A stretch of DNA of 64,000 nucleotides from Eledone cirrhosa (lineage: Eukaryota). Numbering within the stretch: position 1 is the first letter of the stretch; each line of letters opens with the position of its first letter. Under the pieces are notes generated by a model. It did not search any database, was not told the DNA's origin, and worked only from the letters and a program-made list of their open reading frames with translations. The DNA lies in contig OZ024746.1 in assembly GCA_964016885.1 (NCBI GenBank), positions 83,018,001-83,082,000 of the forward strand, read 5' to 3'. The translations under genes were made by a program, and so were the position numbers. Positions 14,676 through 28,644 of this stretch are shown piece after piece.

Positions 14676-14925
14676 GCAGCAGAATGTTGCTTATAAGTAG
14701 ATGTTAAGTCGTAACTTCTTGAGGATAAGCCGGTCCGAGCGATCCCAAAGCACTTCACGTCAGTAGAGTTTCCGGTAAGAGTTGGTGATTAGGAGTGACG
14801 TTGCCATTTACACGCACATATACATATACACACATGAAAACACAAATGCATACTAAGATACATAAATATACGCATATATATATAGACACACATGTATATT
14901 ACACACACACACACGCATGCACACA

Positions 14926-15005
<80 letters not shown>

Positions 15006-15011
15006 TACATA

Positions 15012-15290
15012 TATCAAATAAGAGTAATAAAGGGGATTATTTCACCAAAACTGTTTATTACATGATATATATTTCTGTTACATGGTTATTCATGTGACTT
15101 CATCAGATGTTTACCCAGTCATTAGGTGGAGTTATACATCGCCAACGGCATATCCCAATGATTACATAATTGCACCTATGATTGCGTAAACATCTGATGA
15201 AGTCACATGAATAACCATGTAACAGAAATATATATTATGTAATAAACAGTTATGGTGAAATAATCCTGTCTGAAGTATTATTATTTGATA
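15012..15290. mobile_element. Fold-back PLE-like remnant with two HHRs (15060-15110 minus, 15190-15240 plus)
   Basis: ACAT-CTGATGA-A GTCACATG..CATGTAAC A-GAAA-T[ATAT]A-T(C/T)-ATGT, with AATAAA immediately after at 15241-15246. Confidence 0.75.
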
Positions 15291-15596
15291 AATGAATACA
15301 CCAGTTCATCGCAAGATTAACTCCCAACTGTTGCTGGTATTTTTTCCCCCGGATTAAAGTGGACCAACATGAAATGAAATGCATTGTTCAAAGCCACAAC
15401 GCACCACCCGGTTAAGGAATCGAACTCACGACTTCACGACCGTAAGTCAAACTCCTCAATCACTAGGCCACCCGCCTTCAAGATTCAAGTGCAAATAAGT
15501 ATTGCCATAACAGGATAATGACTGCTACAATAGGAAGTACGCTACAATAGGAAGTACAATAGGAAGTTGATTGTAGTTTACTATCATTATTTGGCA

Positions 15597-16050
15597 TAAT
15601 AAAGTACCAGTAATGCACTGGGTAGTTGCTGGCCTTGTGCCTAACGTAGAAACAATTATTTGGCATTGGCAGTATCGGTAGAGGGCGCTGAATTGGCAGT
15701 ATCGGTAGAGGGTCGGACATACTTTCCAGCATAGTTACATCCCTTTATGATCTCAATTCAAATCCCGCCGAGGTTAACTTTGCCTTTCATCCATACGGGG
15801 TCGATAAATAAAGTACCAGTAATGTACTGGGTAATTGCTGGCCTTGTGTCAAAAGTAGAAACAATTATTTGGCAGTATCGGTAGAGGGTCGGACGCCATG
15901 CTTTGCAGCATAGAGTTACGGTCCTTTCTGGTCTGAGTTCAAATCCCGCCCAGGTTAACTTTGCCTTTCATCCTTACGGAGTCGATAACATAAAGTACCA
16001 GTAATGCACTGGGTAACTGCTGGCCTTGTGCCAAAAGTAGGAACAATTAT
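15597..16050 (+). mobile_element. Head-to-tail tRNA-SINE cluster (one 3' fragment and two near-full copies)
   Basis: Repeated junction AATTATTTGGCA and SINE consensus motifs. Confidence 0.88.
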
Positions 16051-17305
16051 TATAAAGAAGTGCCTTGCTCAAGGACAACGCACCATCCGGTTCAGGCATC
16101 TAATCTATGAACGTAGAAATGTGAGCCCAGCACTCCAACCACAAGCCTGCTTGTCCTCACAAGATATAATAACACAGGTAGTCTTGTCGAAAGACAAAGC
16201 GTCACACACAGATTTATGTCAGAAAGGATACCAAGATTCTTAAAAGTTGAAAGTGGTTCAACTACTTAGGTTCGTCACAGATTCCACGTACGGATACCAT
16301 AATGTCATTAAAATCTAAAGTCTATATCATAGAATTGTGTCTTTAGTAAGCCAGTATGAGAAGTACATGTAAGCCTAAGCTATCGGAATATCACAATATT
16401 ATACAAAAGCTTTGGAGTGCTTTTAGTAAATAAAAAATAGGTATACCAACAGAAGATGAATAGGTATATATCAGCTTAACTCAACTAGAAATAGCAGCCA
16501 AATCTCCCTTAAATCATACTTTATCTATTAAAAAAGGAAGTACACATCAGATAAGGTGGTCCTGAATATACTACTTCGATAAAAGAGGGGATGGTCATGT
16601 TTTAATTGTCTTTGATCCATAGATCCGGATATCTGTGTGTTACACACCACTAGATTACTATATCATACAGCCAATGAAAAATATTCTACATGGTCTTTCA
16701 ACTTGCTAGAAATAACAGTCAAATCTACATCAAATCTACTTACTGTTTTTCAATTGTGAAAAACATTATATAATACGGTCTATGATCCACAGATGGGATG
16801 GTCACGGTTTAAAAGGCCTTGAGTGAACCAAAGGTGACCTGGGACTTAACAACAACTACTACAACGTTAATACCAAATTTAAAACACCCTCTCTCTCTTT
16901 CAAGAAACAATGACACTATAAACTAAAATGAATAAAATATCAGAGTAAACCACTTTTTTTTCAGACAAATATTTCGTAGTGGTTACCATAGTAACAATCG
17001 AATGATGAAAATTTAATTAAGGTTTATATATACCTAGACTGGATTTCTGTTGTTACATGGTATAACGGATGACACCGAGCTCACATATTAATTATTTCGC
17101 TGGAATAGTGCCTAAGGTTTTCATGTTTACATAAAGTACGTTTTTCTGTAAAGCAAGTAGTTCATAGTAAAATCAAAACATTCTCTCTCAATATATTTTG
17201 TTGCCGTCAGAAACTGGCAACCAGTATCTAGCAAGAAAATTACAAAAGTCTGTTATGTTTTTAATAACGTATTTATAATTGTAATTCTATTCCCTTAAGA
17301 TTATT

Positions 17306-17835
17306 AAACTGGCAACAGTACCTGGCTTATCCCGGGTTTATTAGAACCTAAATTAAATATCAGCACTATATTTTGAATAAATTGCTATAAAATGATGCTG
17401 TCAGCATTCAATTCATCAGGGAATTTTTACTCACTCAGAATTGTTGTAGCCAAGCTAACAAGGGGAATAGTTTAATCTGAGCTTCATAAAAACACACAAA
17501 CATAATGAAACATATAAAACCTAAACTAAATATGTTTCTCTTACATTTTTAAAACATACCTTTCTTCAAAATATTGTACTAATTTCCATTATTGCTCTAA
17601 ATGAATTATTTTTTCTAATCAGTAATTTTTCCAATGTCTATTGCAGTGCTTTAAGGTATCTAATATTCTTAGTTTTTTTTTCTGCCTAGAGCTAAAAAAC
17701 TATAATCAGAAAAATTAACTTAGCTTATATGACATTCTCAATCAGAAATGTGCCCTTATGGAAAATCTCAACTGCCTAGGTGCAAAACTGACCTTTAACT
17801 GAGATATACATACATTCACTTTTGTATATAAAGAT
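17306..17835 (+). mobile_element. Possible Helentron/DINE-like non-autonomous element
   Basis: Starts AACTGGC..TACCTGGC..CCCGGG and ends TACATACA..CTTTTGTATATAAAGAT, resembling HINE termini from memory. Confidence 0.35.
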
Positions 17836-19459
17836 AGTAATTATAATTTCTACCATAAACACAAGACCACATTTTTTGTAGAGAAGGATATAAATGATTA
17901 TATCGACTTTAGAACTAGACAGATACTCATTTTTTCAGTCTTTGTAAAGTGAAAGATAAAGTCGACCCTCCTAAAGATATTTGAACTCATAACGTAAAGT
18001 TATACAGATAAATACCGAAAGCATTTTATCTGATGCTGCCTTGATTCTATGACCCACCAACTTTAATAAATCTTTCCAATATTGACATAAGGCCAGCAAT
18101 TTGGGGGAAGGAGAAAGTCGATTATATCGATTCCTGTACTTTATTTTATCGACTCCGAAAGGGGGAAAGGTAAAGTTGATCTTGGCGAAAATTGAATTCA
18201 GAACGTAACGAAAGTATTTTTTACGAGGCTCTACAGACACTCCCAATGCACCAACCCTTAAGTGTTTCTGATTTAGGTATAAGGCAATCATTTTCAGGGG
18301 AGGCGAAAGTCGATTAAAGCTACAAATTGTATGATCGGAATAGACACAAGTACTTTAGTAGAACTTCATTTCATCGACCCTGGAATGATGTAAGATTAGC
18401 CGACCTCAGTGTTATTTGAAATCAGAAGTTAATATGACATAACCGTATATGTAAATCAGATATTTAAATGGTTGTTCTAGTAAAAAAAAAAAACCTGCGA
18501 TGAAGCAGTTAACTTTAAGCTAATATACATTCATATTTCGTTCCGCGCTTCGTAAAAGTTCGATTGATTCCTTATATTTTAATTTTTAATGGTACGAAAC
18601 CTATTGAATATCATATTAAATAATGAACTACGTAAATTAAAACCAACCTACAGGCAATCCTGATGTCTTTCATTGGGGTCACTTTTTTAACACAATCTAT
18701 GTTTTGGGAATTTTGAGCTCATTAAAAAAAAAATGACTTGCCAGCTTTATGTAATGATCGCAATTGAGAAAAAATTGAAATTAGAGTCCTGAAACTGGGT
18801 GGAATTTGCAGAATGGTTTGTTTTACTGGAATCGGCATCAGTTCAGAGGATCAGGGTGGAAACCTCATACGAAACTAAATGGCAAGGTCATAGATGGAAC
18901 TCTTTGATCGTAGGTCTGCTCGATCAGGTTTGGCCTGGAGCTAAACAACTTCAAAATCATAAATTTTTACTGAATTTTCCCTTATCGATGTCGATCAAGT
19001 CTAGCAATTATCTCCAAATATTCACAGATAAAAAGGCTTATGATGAAGCAGTAAATTTTAAACTCACACACATTCAAAATTTGAAATATTAAAGTAGCAA
19101 GTAGTATAAATAACATACTAGTGTGCTGGCCTGAAAAATAGCATAGCCCACTACTTTTAGCCCAATGTGGCAAACCTGTCTTTGTCAAGAGTAAAACATT
19201 CTCCAATTACATCACTTTAGCCATACCACTATTGCTACACAGTATTCAATCAGTTCTTATCCAGTATTCTCGATCGTTTACATGTTCAATGTTTTTCCAG
19301 TGTCTATAGGCATATCCCCTCCAATGTTTCAACGCCATGTAGCCTGTGGTCTTTTTTGTCTCCTCCTTCTGCTTCTTGGAGTTTCATTTCCATGTATAAC
19401 GACGAGATAGAGGAAAACTCAACCCCTGTACTAGACTAATACATTATTTATCAATCCCA

Positions 19460-19772
19460 GAGTTACGACCGTGTATGGTCTGAGTTCAAATCCCGCCGAG
19501 GTTAACTTTGCCTTTCATCCTTACGGGGTCAATAGAATAAAGTACCAGTAATGTACTGGGATAAAATAAAGCACCAGTAATGCACTGGGATAAAATAAAG
19601 CACCAGTAATGCACTGGGATAAAATAAAGTACCAGTAATGCACTGGGATAAAATAAAGCACCAGTAATGCACTGGGATAAAATAAAGCACCAGTAATGCA
19701 CTGGGATAAAATAAAGCACCAGTAATGTACTGGATAATTGCTGGCCTTGTGCCAAAAGTAGAAACAATTATT
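19460..19772 (+). mobile_element. tRNA-SINE with an internal 29-bp tandem amplification
   Basis: Seven copies of ATAAAATAAAG(C/T)ACCAGTAATG(C/T)ACTGGG at 19532-19733. Confidence 0.9.
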
Positions 19773-20357
19773 TATCAACCTCAAAAGGATGAAGAATAAA
19801 GTTGATTTTGATGGGGTTTGAACTTAATGATTGCAAAGAGCTGAAATGAATACTGCAAAGCATTCTATTCGAGATTCTAAAGACTCTGCCAATCTCCTGG
19901 TTATTCAGTATTAGTAGCGAAAGAGAAACGAAAGAGAAACAAACATTTATCTATCTATTTATTTATTTGATTAGAAAATGAATGATTAAAAGTTATTATG
20001 TGATAAAGCAGCCGGTTAATTAGTGAGGTAGAGAGGGTGCATTGCATGCTGGGTAAGAAGAAATAGCAAGATGTTGAAATGCAATATATCACAAGGCAGC
20101 CGAGTGTGTTCCAATGAAGAACTAAGAGTTTTGATCACTATAAAACATGGTTTCAATCAGAGAAAAGAAATAAAAGAAATAACTTGTCTAACACAACACC
20201 ATTGTTTTTATGTTTAATGTTCTCCCAACTGATGCTATTTCATTTTCATTTGACACTAATTCTATCAATGTTAAAATTTCTCTCTTTCTCTTCTCTCCAA
20301 GAACATATACACAAACTGGCGTGCACGCACACATACACACACACGCATATATATATT

Positions 20358-20390
<33 letters not shown>

Positions 20391-20429
20391 GTATTTATAT
20401 GTGTGTGTGTATATATATATATATTTATA

Positions 20430-20472
<43 letters not shown>

Positions 20473-20637
20473 ATATGTATATATATATATACATATGTAT
20501 GTATGTAAATATATATATACATATGTATGTATGTAAATATATATATATATGTATATATATATGTATGTCTGTGTGTATGTATATATATATGTATGTGTAT
20601 ATATATATGTATGTATATATACATATGTGTGTGTGTG

Positions 20638-20709
<72 letters not shown>

Positions 20710-20747
20710 ATTAAGTTAAAATTTAATTTCGTTTCGTTATTTGTTTT

Positions 20748-20842
<95 letters not shown>

Positions 20843-21668
20843 GCATACTCACACACACACACATACACAAAGTGGTAAGCACACACTCGCACACACTCAC
20901 ACTTACTCACATATATAGACCATTGTGTTAAGGGTAGAAGGAGTGGATGTGTAGGCGAACGGGAAAACGAAGATTTGAGACGCTTGTAGTGAGTGTTCTC
21001 TCGAAAGACTAATTTCATTCACACATGAAACCAATGAGATTAGTTTTAATTTGTAGATCGTCCTAATTGTGTATTCCCGACATCTCTTTGTTAGTAACGG
21101 CTTTCTCTCTATTAATAACGATCACGCCTGCCTATTTCTTGATTTGACAGCTAGAGCAACCAGCATAAAAACTGATTGCTAATAAGCGAACTTAACACAG
21201 CATCGTAAAGTGATGCTCTTTAAAATCTGTAATGTAAGCCTAATAAAATGAAAATATCATCTTTTTCCCAAGTTGCATTGGATTCCCATTAAAGCACACA
21301 ATATACTTTACACAGATTAATCCGTTCGTATATTCTATCTAACACAGTATGCACTATCAAATCTACTTTGCTAAGTCGGTGAAAAATCGTATATTTCCAA
21401 TTATGTCCGTTGTTCTATGTACGGTGTGGAAGGACGTTGTGAGAAATTGTTTATTTTGAAGCTATCTCAAAATTAACTGTAAATATCTTACTTCCTCTCA
21501 CTGTCATCACTGAATATTCTTCAGAAAGGAAGCGTGTAACACCACGTATACAGACACATACAGACACACACAGACACACAGAGACACACACAGACACACA
21601 CAGACACACAGAGACACACACACACACAGACACACAGAGACACACAGAGACACACAGAGACACACACA

Positions 21669-21731
<63 letters not shown>

Positions 21732-21965
21732 ACATGTATATCTATATATCTATATATCTAACTATCTCTCTCTCTCCCTCTCTCTCTCTCTCTATATATA
21801 TATATATGCACACACACATATGTGTGTGTGCGTGTGTGTGCGTGTGCGTGTGTGTGTGGATGTGTGTGGATGTGTGTGTGCATGATGAGAAAGAGTAACA
21901 GAGAGAAGTGTTGGATATATCTCCATATGTAAGCAGATCTCCTTATTGTCTTTTTTTGTTTTCCA

Positions 21966-22018
<53 letters not shown>

Positions 22019-22123
22019 GTATATGTACATACACACGCACACACACACATGTGTGTATGTATGTGTGTGTGTGTGCGTATGTTCCTGTGTCTGTATTCCG
22101 AGTCGTGTGTATTCTACGCATTG

Positions 22124-22178
<55 letters not shown>

Positions 22179-22191
22179 CAACACACACACG

Positions 22192-22260
<69 letters not shown>

Positions 22261-22683
22261 ATACATATATACATATTTATCTATATACACATGTATATAT
22301 ACACATATATATCATAGTTGTGATTACTCTGAAGAGACTTGGTCGATCTCTACACATACACACACATCAGTAAATTTGTGTACATAAGAATATTTACAAA
22401 TGTTTGTTTGTGTATTATGGAATATTTCCTTAAAGTAGAGCAGCACTTCTGTGACGAGCGTTAAGACGATTCATCGTTTTGTTGGTTTGTTTTCGTGGAT
22501 TTTAGTTTTGCTTTCCTTGATTGTTTGTATAAGATATGGAGGCCATTAAGACGAAGGATTAGGTAAAGAATTTCGTATGAAGCGAAATACCAATCTATTT
22601 CTTGATTACCAGTCACTGTGAGTGGCTAGTCCTGCTAGAAATAGTCACCAAATCGTTCTCAGATCATACTCCATTGCTTTTGA

Positions 22684-23965
22684 AATAATTGTTTCTACTT
22701 TAGACACAAAGCCAGCAATTTTGCGGGAAGGAGAGAGTCGATTAAATCGACCCCAGTACATTACTGGTGCTTTATTTTATCGACCCCGTAAGGATGAAAG
22801 GAAAAGCTAACCTCGGCGGGATTTGAACTCAGAACGTAAAGGGTCATACCTCTATGCTGCAAAGCATAGTGTCCGACGCACTACCGATACTGTCAATACA
22901 CCGCCCTTTGAATGATTTCCAATTTAGGCACAAGGCCAGCAATTTGTGGCGGTAGGGGAGGGAAAGTCGATTATATCGACATCGGTATTTGACTGGTACT
23001 TTATTTTACCGACCCCAGAAAGATGAAATGCAACGTTAAACTCGGCAGGATTTGAATTCAGAACTTAAAGGGCTGTAATTGAATGCCGCATAGCATTTTG
23101 TCCGACCTCTAAAGATTCTACCAATCCACTGCTCTTTGTCTTTGAAATAATGAAAAGACACATTGGACACTGTAATCCTTAATAAACTAAGTCTGGAATA
23201 AAAAAGAATGTTTAGATTATTACGTCTGGAATATCTTTCATCATATATCCGCTCTGACTGGTCTGGAGCTAAACAAATGTAGCTTTTGTTTTCTCATTAT
23301 CCACGATAATTTACTCGTAGTTATTGTAGAAATCATATGAACTACATCCGTCTTGACTACATTTCTATATCATTATTTTTGGCAGTATCGGTAGAGGGTT
23401 GGACGCCATGCTTTGCAGCATAGGGTTACGTCCCTTTGCAGTCTGAGTTCAAATCCCACCGAGGTTAACTTTGCCTTTCATCCTTACGCGGTCGATGAAA
23501 TAAAGTACCAGTTATGCACTGAGATAATTGCTGGCCTTGTGCAAACAGTAGAAACAATTATATTGTATGCTTAAATTCCTTGTGGATTTTAGTATTCAAT
23601 TTCCTGGTAGCCACAATAAAATAGAGACACAGAAGAATGATATGAAGTATAAGGTGGAACCAATGTTTCTTTGTCACACACATTCCTGTTAATGAAAATA
23701 TTCATCAAATGCGTTAGAAATTATTTAGAAGTAGCCCTGAGAAGAGAAAATAATTGTTTTTGATTTAGGCACAAGGCCAACAATTTGCGGGAGGGGGAAG
23801 TCAATTAAATCGACCCCAGTGCGTTACTGGTACTTTAATTTAACTTTAATTTATCGACCCTCGTAAGGATGAAAGGCAAAGCTAACTTTGGCGGAATTTG
23901 AATAAGAATGTAAAGGGCCATAACTCTATGCTGCAAAACATGTTGTCCAACGCTCTACTGATACT
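22684..23965. mobile_element. Four tRNA-SINE copies (22684-22906 -, 22915-23130 -, 23380-23560 +, 23750-23965 -)
   Basis: Similarity to the SINE consensus. Confidence 0.85.
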
Positions 23966-24058
23966 TCGTTTTTACAATGTGAGAATCACAAAGGAGAATC
24001 CAGAAAACTTACTTTATTCTTTGTTTCAGTTATATATTTTTATAATTTTCTAACCAAC

Positions 24059-24120
<62 letters not shown>

Positions 24121-24123
<3 letters not shown>

Positions 24124-24457
24124 TAGATGGTCGGTCGTCCTCGGGTGTATGATATTCAGCCCCATGGATTTTATCTGTTACATTCATTTATTATATTTCG
24201 AATACCTGATGATATCACCGGATTCATACGGAACCCTGTCATTGAAATGATCATAGTATAATAAACCTTTCAAGGATTTACACAAATCCAGCCTCCTGTT
24301 ATTTTATTATAATATTTAACTCCGTACTCGCACCACCAACTACACAAACGAAGACGGTTGAGCTGCTTTACGTTGAGTACTCTCCATATTATTACATCAA
24401 GATTGACCATACGGAATGACCAGCTCTATCCAGTGGTGAACCTTCAAACCTAAATAA

Positions 24458-24460
<3 letters not shown>
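24121..24460 (+). mobile_element. PLE-like family F pLTR remnant in (TA)n
   Basis: Contains the HHR at 24202-24259 and is homologous to 42872-43297. Confidence 0.78.
24202..24259 (+). ncRNA. Minimal type I hammerhead ribozyme motif
   Basis: ATAC-CTGATGA-stem II-GAAA-T[GATC]A-TA-GTAT with palindromic loop III, then AATAAA 24260-24265. Confidence 0.75.
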
Positions 24461-24521
<61 letters not shown>

Positions 24522-24525
<4 letters not shown>

Positions 24526-24667
24526 ATAATAATAAATTTGAAGACTAAAATCCAAAGAGGGCTCGATAAGGATAAATATATATCAAATATATAAGAACCG
24601 TAGAGCAAATATTTATTAAAATAACAGATTAAAGTTTAAGCAAAGAATCGCTGCTTTCACCCTTAAC

Positions 24668-24671
<4 letters not shown>
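24522..24671 (-). mobile_element. PLE-like family D, 5'-truncated at HHR stem II
   Basis: Homology to 44598-45060. TA-flanked. Confidence 0.7.
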
Positions 24672-24715
<44 letters not shown>

Positions 24716-25393
24716 CATTAATATTACTTGATCTAGGGAATATTATTTCGTAATCAAAAAGGTTTATATGAGGTTCGTAATATGATTCAGATTTAATTTC
24801 AACCTCTTTTTTTTTTTTGTAGTTTTTAAAATATTACATACCATGTGAGAGAAGAGAGTGGAAAGTGAGGAGAGAGGAGAACGTTATGGTGGGGGGAGGA
24901 TAATAAGATTTAAACATAGAATGGGAAAAGAAAGATTAAGAACACATAGAAGGCTTATTGACTTAATCTTACATTCTTTCTCGCTTTCTCTTTCTCATTC
25001 TCTCTCTATCTATCTCTATCTTTCTCTTTTTCTCTTCCTCTCTCTATCGCCCTCTGTCTCATTGTATCTCTCACTCGCCCTCTTTCGTTTTTTCTCCACC
25101 TATCCATCTTTTGGAGAATTTTAGACATGCATTTCAGTGAAAAAATTAATAGGGTTGATTAATTGAAAACCTCTTCGCTCGAGAATCTGCAAATGCTAGA
25201 TATAGCGTCAATTTCCTTTCATCAAAATATTCGCACAAATGTCGTGTGCGCGTTTGTATGTATGTCTTATGTCTTATGTAGATATAAAAGACAAAACATA
25301 TTTAAAGGTTCACACTTCGAAAACAATCTAATAATAACAAGATAATTAAAATATCAATTCCATATGATGTCGTTTTACGTGACGAGTAAACTA

Positions 25394-25454
<61 letters not shown>

Positions 25455-25456
<2 letters not shown>

Positions 25457-25652
25457 AACCAGTAAGACCCCGACAGCTGAGCTCAAGCCGTTTCGACGGC
25501 TAATTCTGGACAAGCGTCCAGAATTAGCCGTCGAAACGGCTTGAGCTCAGCTGTCGGGGTCTTACTGGTTCCTATTACCCACTCTACTACCCCAAGTATT
25601 GAGTACTTTGGTGCGTTATGGTCCACCTGGTTCCTTACCACATTTCCTTCGT

Positions 25653-25654
<2 letters not shown>
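25455..25654 (+). mobile_element. PLE-like family C fold-back
   Basis: ~56-bp perfect inverted arms around CAAGCG plus a 3' extension. TA-flanked. Confidence 0.75.
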
Positions 25655-25685
<31 letters not shown>

Positions 25686-26233
25686 TAATATATATATATA
25701 TATATATACATACAAAGAGACAAAAGACATAAACACACGCACAAACATACACAAACTCGTGGACATTTTAAGTAATTGCGCATAAGTAGATTTATACATC
25801 TATAAACTTGAGGCGTCCCGTATCATATGCGTGTCAATAGTGTACATATATAGTGTATATACATATATATGTATGTATGTATATATATATACATATACAT
25901 ATATGTATATATATATATATATATATATAAATATATATACATATATATATACGTACTTACACAGAGACGTATATGCATGCATTCACAGATACATACATAT
26001 ATACGTATGTAAACTTGCATACAAATATGTACATAAAATGTATGAATTTGTAAGATGTAAAGGACAGTTGCAATGTCAATATTAAATATTTAATATCTAT
26101 ATTAAAGTAAAAACATATATAAACATTGAATTACATATCGGCTGCAGATTTCCAAATGAACCATTCGATATCTAAACATGATAAATTAAACACACATACA
26201 TAAGCGTACGGTGAGAAATACGCACATACACAA

Positions 26234-26335
<102 letters not shown>

Positions 26336-26361
26336 GCATGCACACACGCATACACACACAC

Positions 26362-26402
<41 letters not shown>

Positions 26403-26505
26403 CTAAACATCATATAAATATATATTTTTCTAACTATATGCATATATATGAGGGGATTTTGGGTGTTTATATACAATATATATATATATGTGCGTGTGTG
26501 TGTGT

Positions 26506-26540
<35 letters not shown>

Positions 26541-26680
26541 GATATATATATATATATAAGGAAAGGGATAAAAGAAAGCCCATCTTATATATATATATAT
26601 ATATATATATGTACAAAAAATTTGTGTTTAGCGAGCTTGCTTTCTCTCCTCTTTACGTTTTCATATATATATATATATAT

Positions 26681-26871
26681 ATAACGAAGGAAATATGGTA
26701 AGGAACCAGGTGGACCATAACGCACCAAAGTACTCAATACTTAGGGTAGTAGAGTGGGTAATAGGAACCAGTAAGACCCCGACGGCTGAGCTCAAGCCGT
26801 TTCGACGGCTAATTCCAGAATTAGCCGTCGAAACGGCTTGAGCTCAGCCGTCGGGGTCTTACTGGTTCCTA
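26681..26871 (-). mobile_element. PLE-like family C fold-back
   Basis: Near-identical to 25455-25654 in the opposite orientation. Confidence 0.75.
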
Positions 26872-27519
26872 TATATATATATATATATATATAGAGTGGC
26901 TTCACTCCAGACTACAAGACGAAGCCACGTCTAAATTATCTGGTCTATTATGAAATGACATTATGTTGAGCCAGGATGTAAATATTGATAATGACATTGC
27001 AAATAGAATCGAGAAGTTATGAATGGATATAGTTATGGAAAATTACAATTTTTATTATACTCCCAATGATACATAAAAATTAACATTTAAATATATTATT
27101 TTAAAATATATATTATGTGGTCACATCCAAACTGTTTAGATGGGACCACCAATGTAAACTCCCATATCTGAATAAATGTCCATTAAGAGTCGGGATCTGA
27201 TTGCCTGATCAAATCCGAGCTGATCGACACAGAATCAATTTCAATATCTAATAAAGTTTCACAAAAATCTGCAATTCTTATTGTCACTCTCTCTCTATAT
27301 ATATATAGACTCTACAAACTACAGCTACCTTAGATCTGGAGCATAACCCAACGAGAGACGGACCCCGTAACAGCATAGAGTGCTTCGACCAACGTCGCCT
27401 CTAGTTACCACATAATAGTACTCACATAATTACCTATTAGTCCGAAAAGCTAAAGATGTGGGTTCGTGTCCCATGTACATCAAAATACTCATCCTTCTTT
27501 CCATTCATATATATGTATA

Positions 27520-27641
<122 letters not shown>

Positions 27642-27676
27642 TGTGAGAAAAACCACAGACCCTCCATCTCAACTCA

Positions 27677-27714
27677 CCTTTTGAAAAGCAGAAGAACTGC
27701 GAAACCGGTAAAGG
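27677..27714 (+). ncRNA. Minimal hammerhead, U3-A8 compensatory variant
   Basis: CCTT-TTGAAAA-GCAG[AAGAA]CTGC-GAAA[CCGG]TA-AAGG, then AATAAA 27720-27725, inside a TA-flanked insert at 27640-27852. Confidence 0.75.
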
Positions 27715-27866
27715 AACCAAATAAATATATATATTTAAAAAAAAAATAAGACTCCAGTTGCATTTTCGATTTCATCTCTTTTTCTTTATACTTTCACTCG
27801 TGTAGGACACCTCGGTTATTTTTCATTTTGTAAAAAAAAACCTCACTTTCTAATATATATATATAT

Positions 27867-28060
27867 GAAAAAGTATGACACCGACGGCAGAGCTCAAGAC
27901 GTTTCGACGGCTATTTCTGGTCCAGAAATAGCCGTCGAAACGGCTTGAGCTCTGCCGTCGGGGTCATACTTTTTCCTATTACCCACTCTACTACCCTAAG
28001 TATTGAGTACTCTGGTGCGTTATGGTCCATCTGGTTACTTATCACAATTCTTTCGTTATA
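27867..28060 (+). mobile_element. PLE-like family C fold-back (diverged subfamily)
   Basis: Homology to 25455-25654. Confidence 0.72.
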
Positions 28061-28061
28061 T

Positions 28062-28135
<74 letters not shown>

Positions 28136-28138
<3 letters not shown>

Positions 28139-28571
28139 GGAGGTGAGTTTTATTGTAGTACAATAAAGCAATGCAGATATCGGATAAGAAGCACTCTACA
28201 GATTGTAGGACTGGAGTATACATAATATATAAGAACAAAAGATGGTTAAAGGAGTTCCATGTATTTTATTATGCGCATTTCAAAAACAAATATCATCATG
28301 CAATAATATTTGTGTTTTCATCAGATAAAACAGGAGGACATGATATGAAGGCTAAAAAACACTTGTAGATAGTTCAGTTTTAAATCAACATATCATGTTT
28401 TAAATAAACATATGTTGATTTAAAACTGTACTATCCACAAGTGTTTTTTAGCCTTCATATCATGTCCTCTTGTTTTATCTGATGAAAACACAAATATTAT
28501 TGCATGATGATATTTGTTTTTGAAATGCGCATAATAAAATACATGGAACTCTTTTAACCATCTTTTGTTCT

Positions 28572-28581
<10 letters not shown>
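28136..28581. mobile_element. Fold-back PLE-like remnant in (TA)n
   Basis: Arms 28222-28393 and 28410-28581 with a one-sided extension 28136-28221. Confidence 0.8.
28473..28539 (+). ncRNA. Minimal type I hammerhead ribozyme motif (mirror copy 28264-28330 minus)
   Basis: TTTTAT-CTGATGA-long AT-rich stem II-GAAA-T[GCGC]A-TA-ATAAAA. Confidence 0.8.

Positions 28582-28644
<63 letters not shown>

Noticed and set aside
19532-19733. CRISPR-like 29-bp hairpin repeats
   Set aside because: There are no spacers and the unit is part of the SINE.
26930-27016. RTE fragment (NIDNDIANRIEK)
   Set aside because: Suggestive but too short and degraded to annotate confidently.
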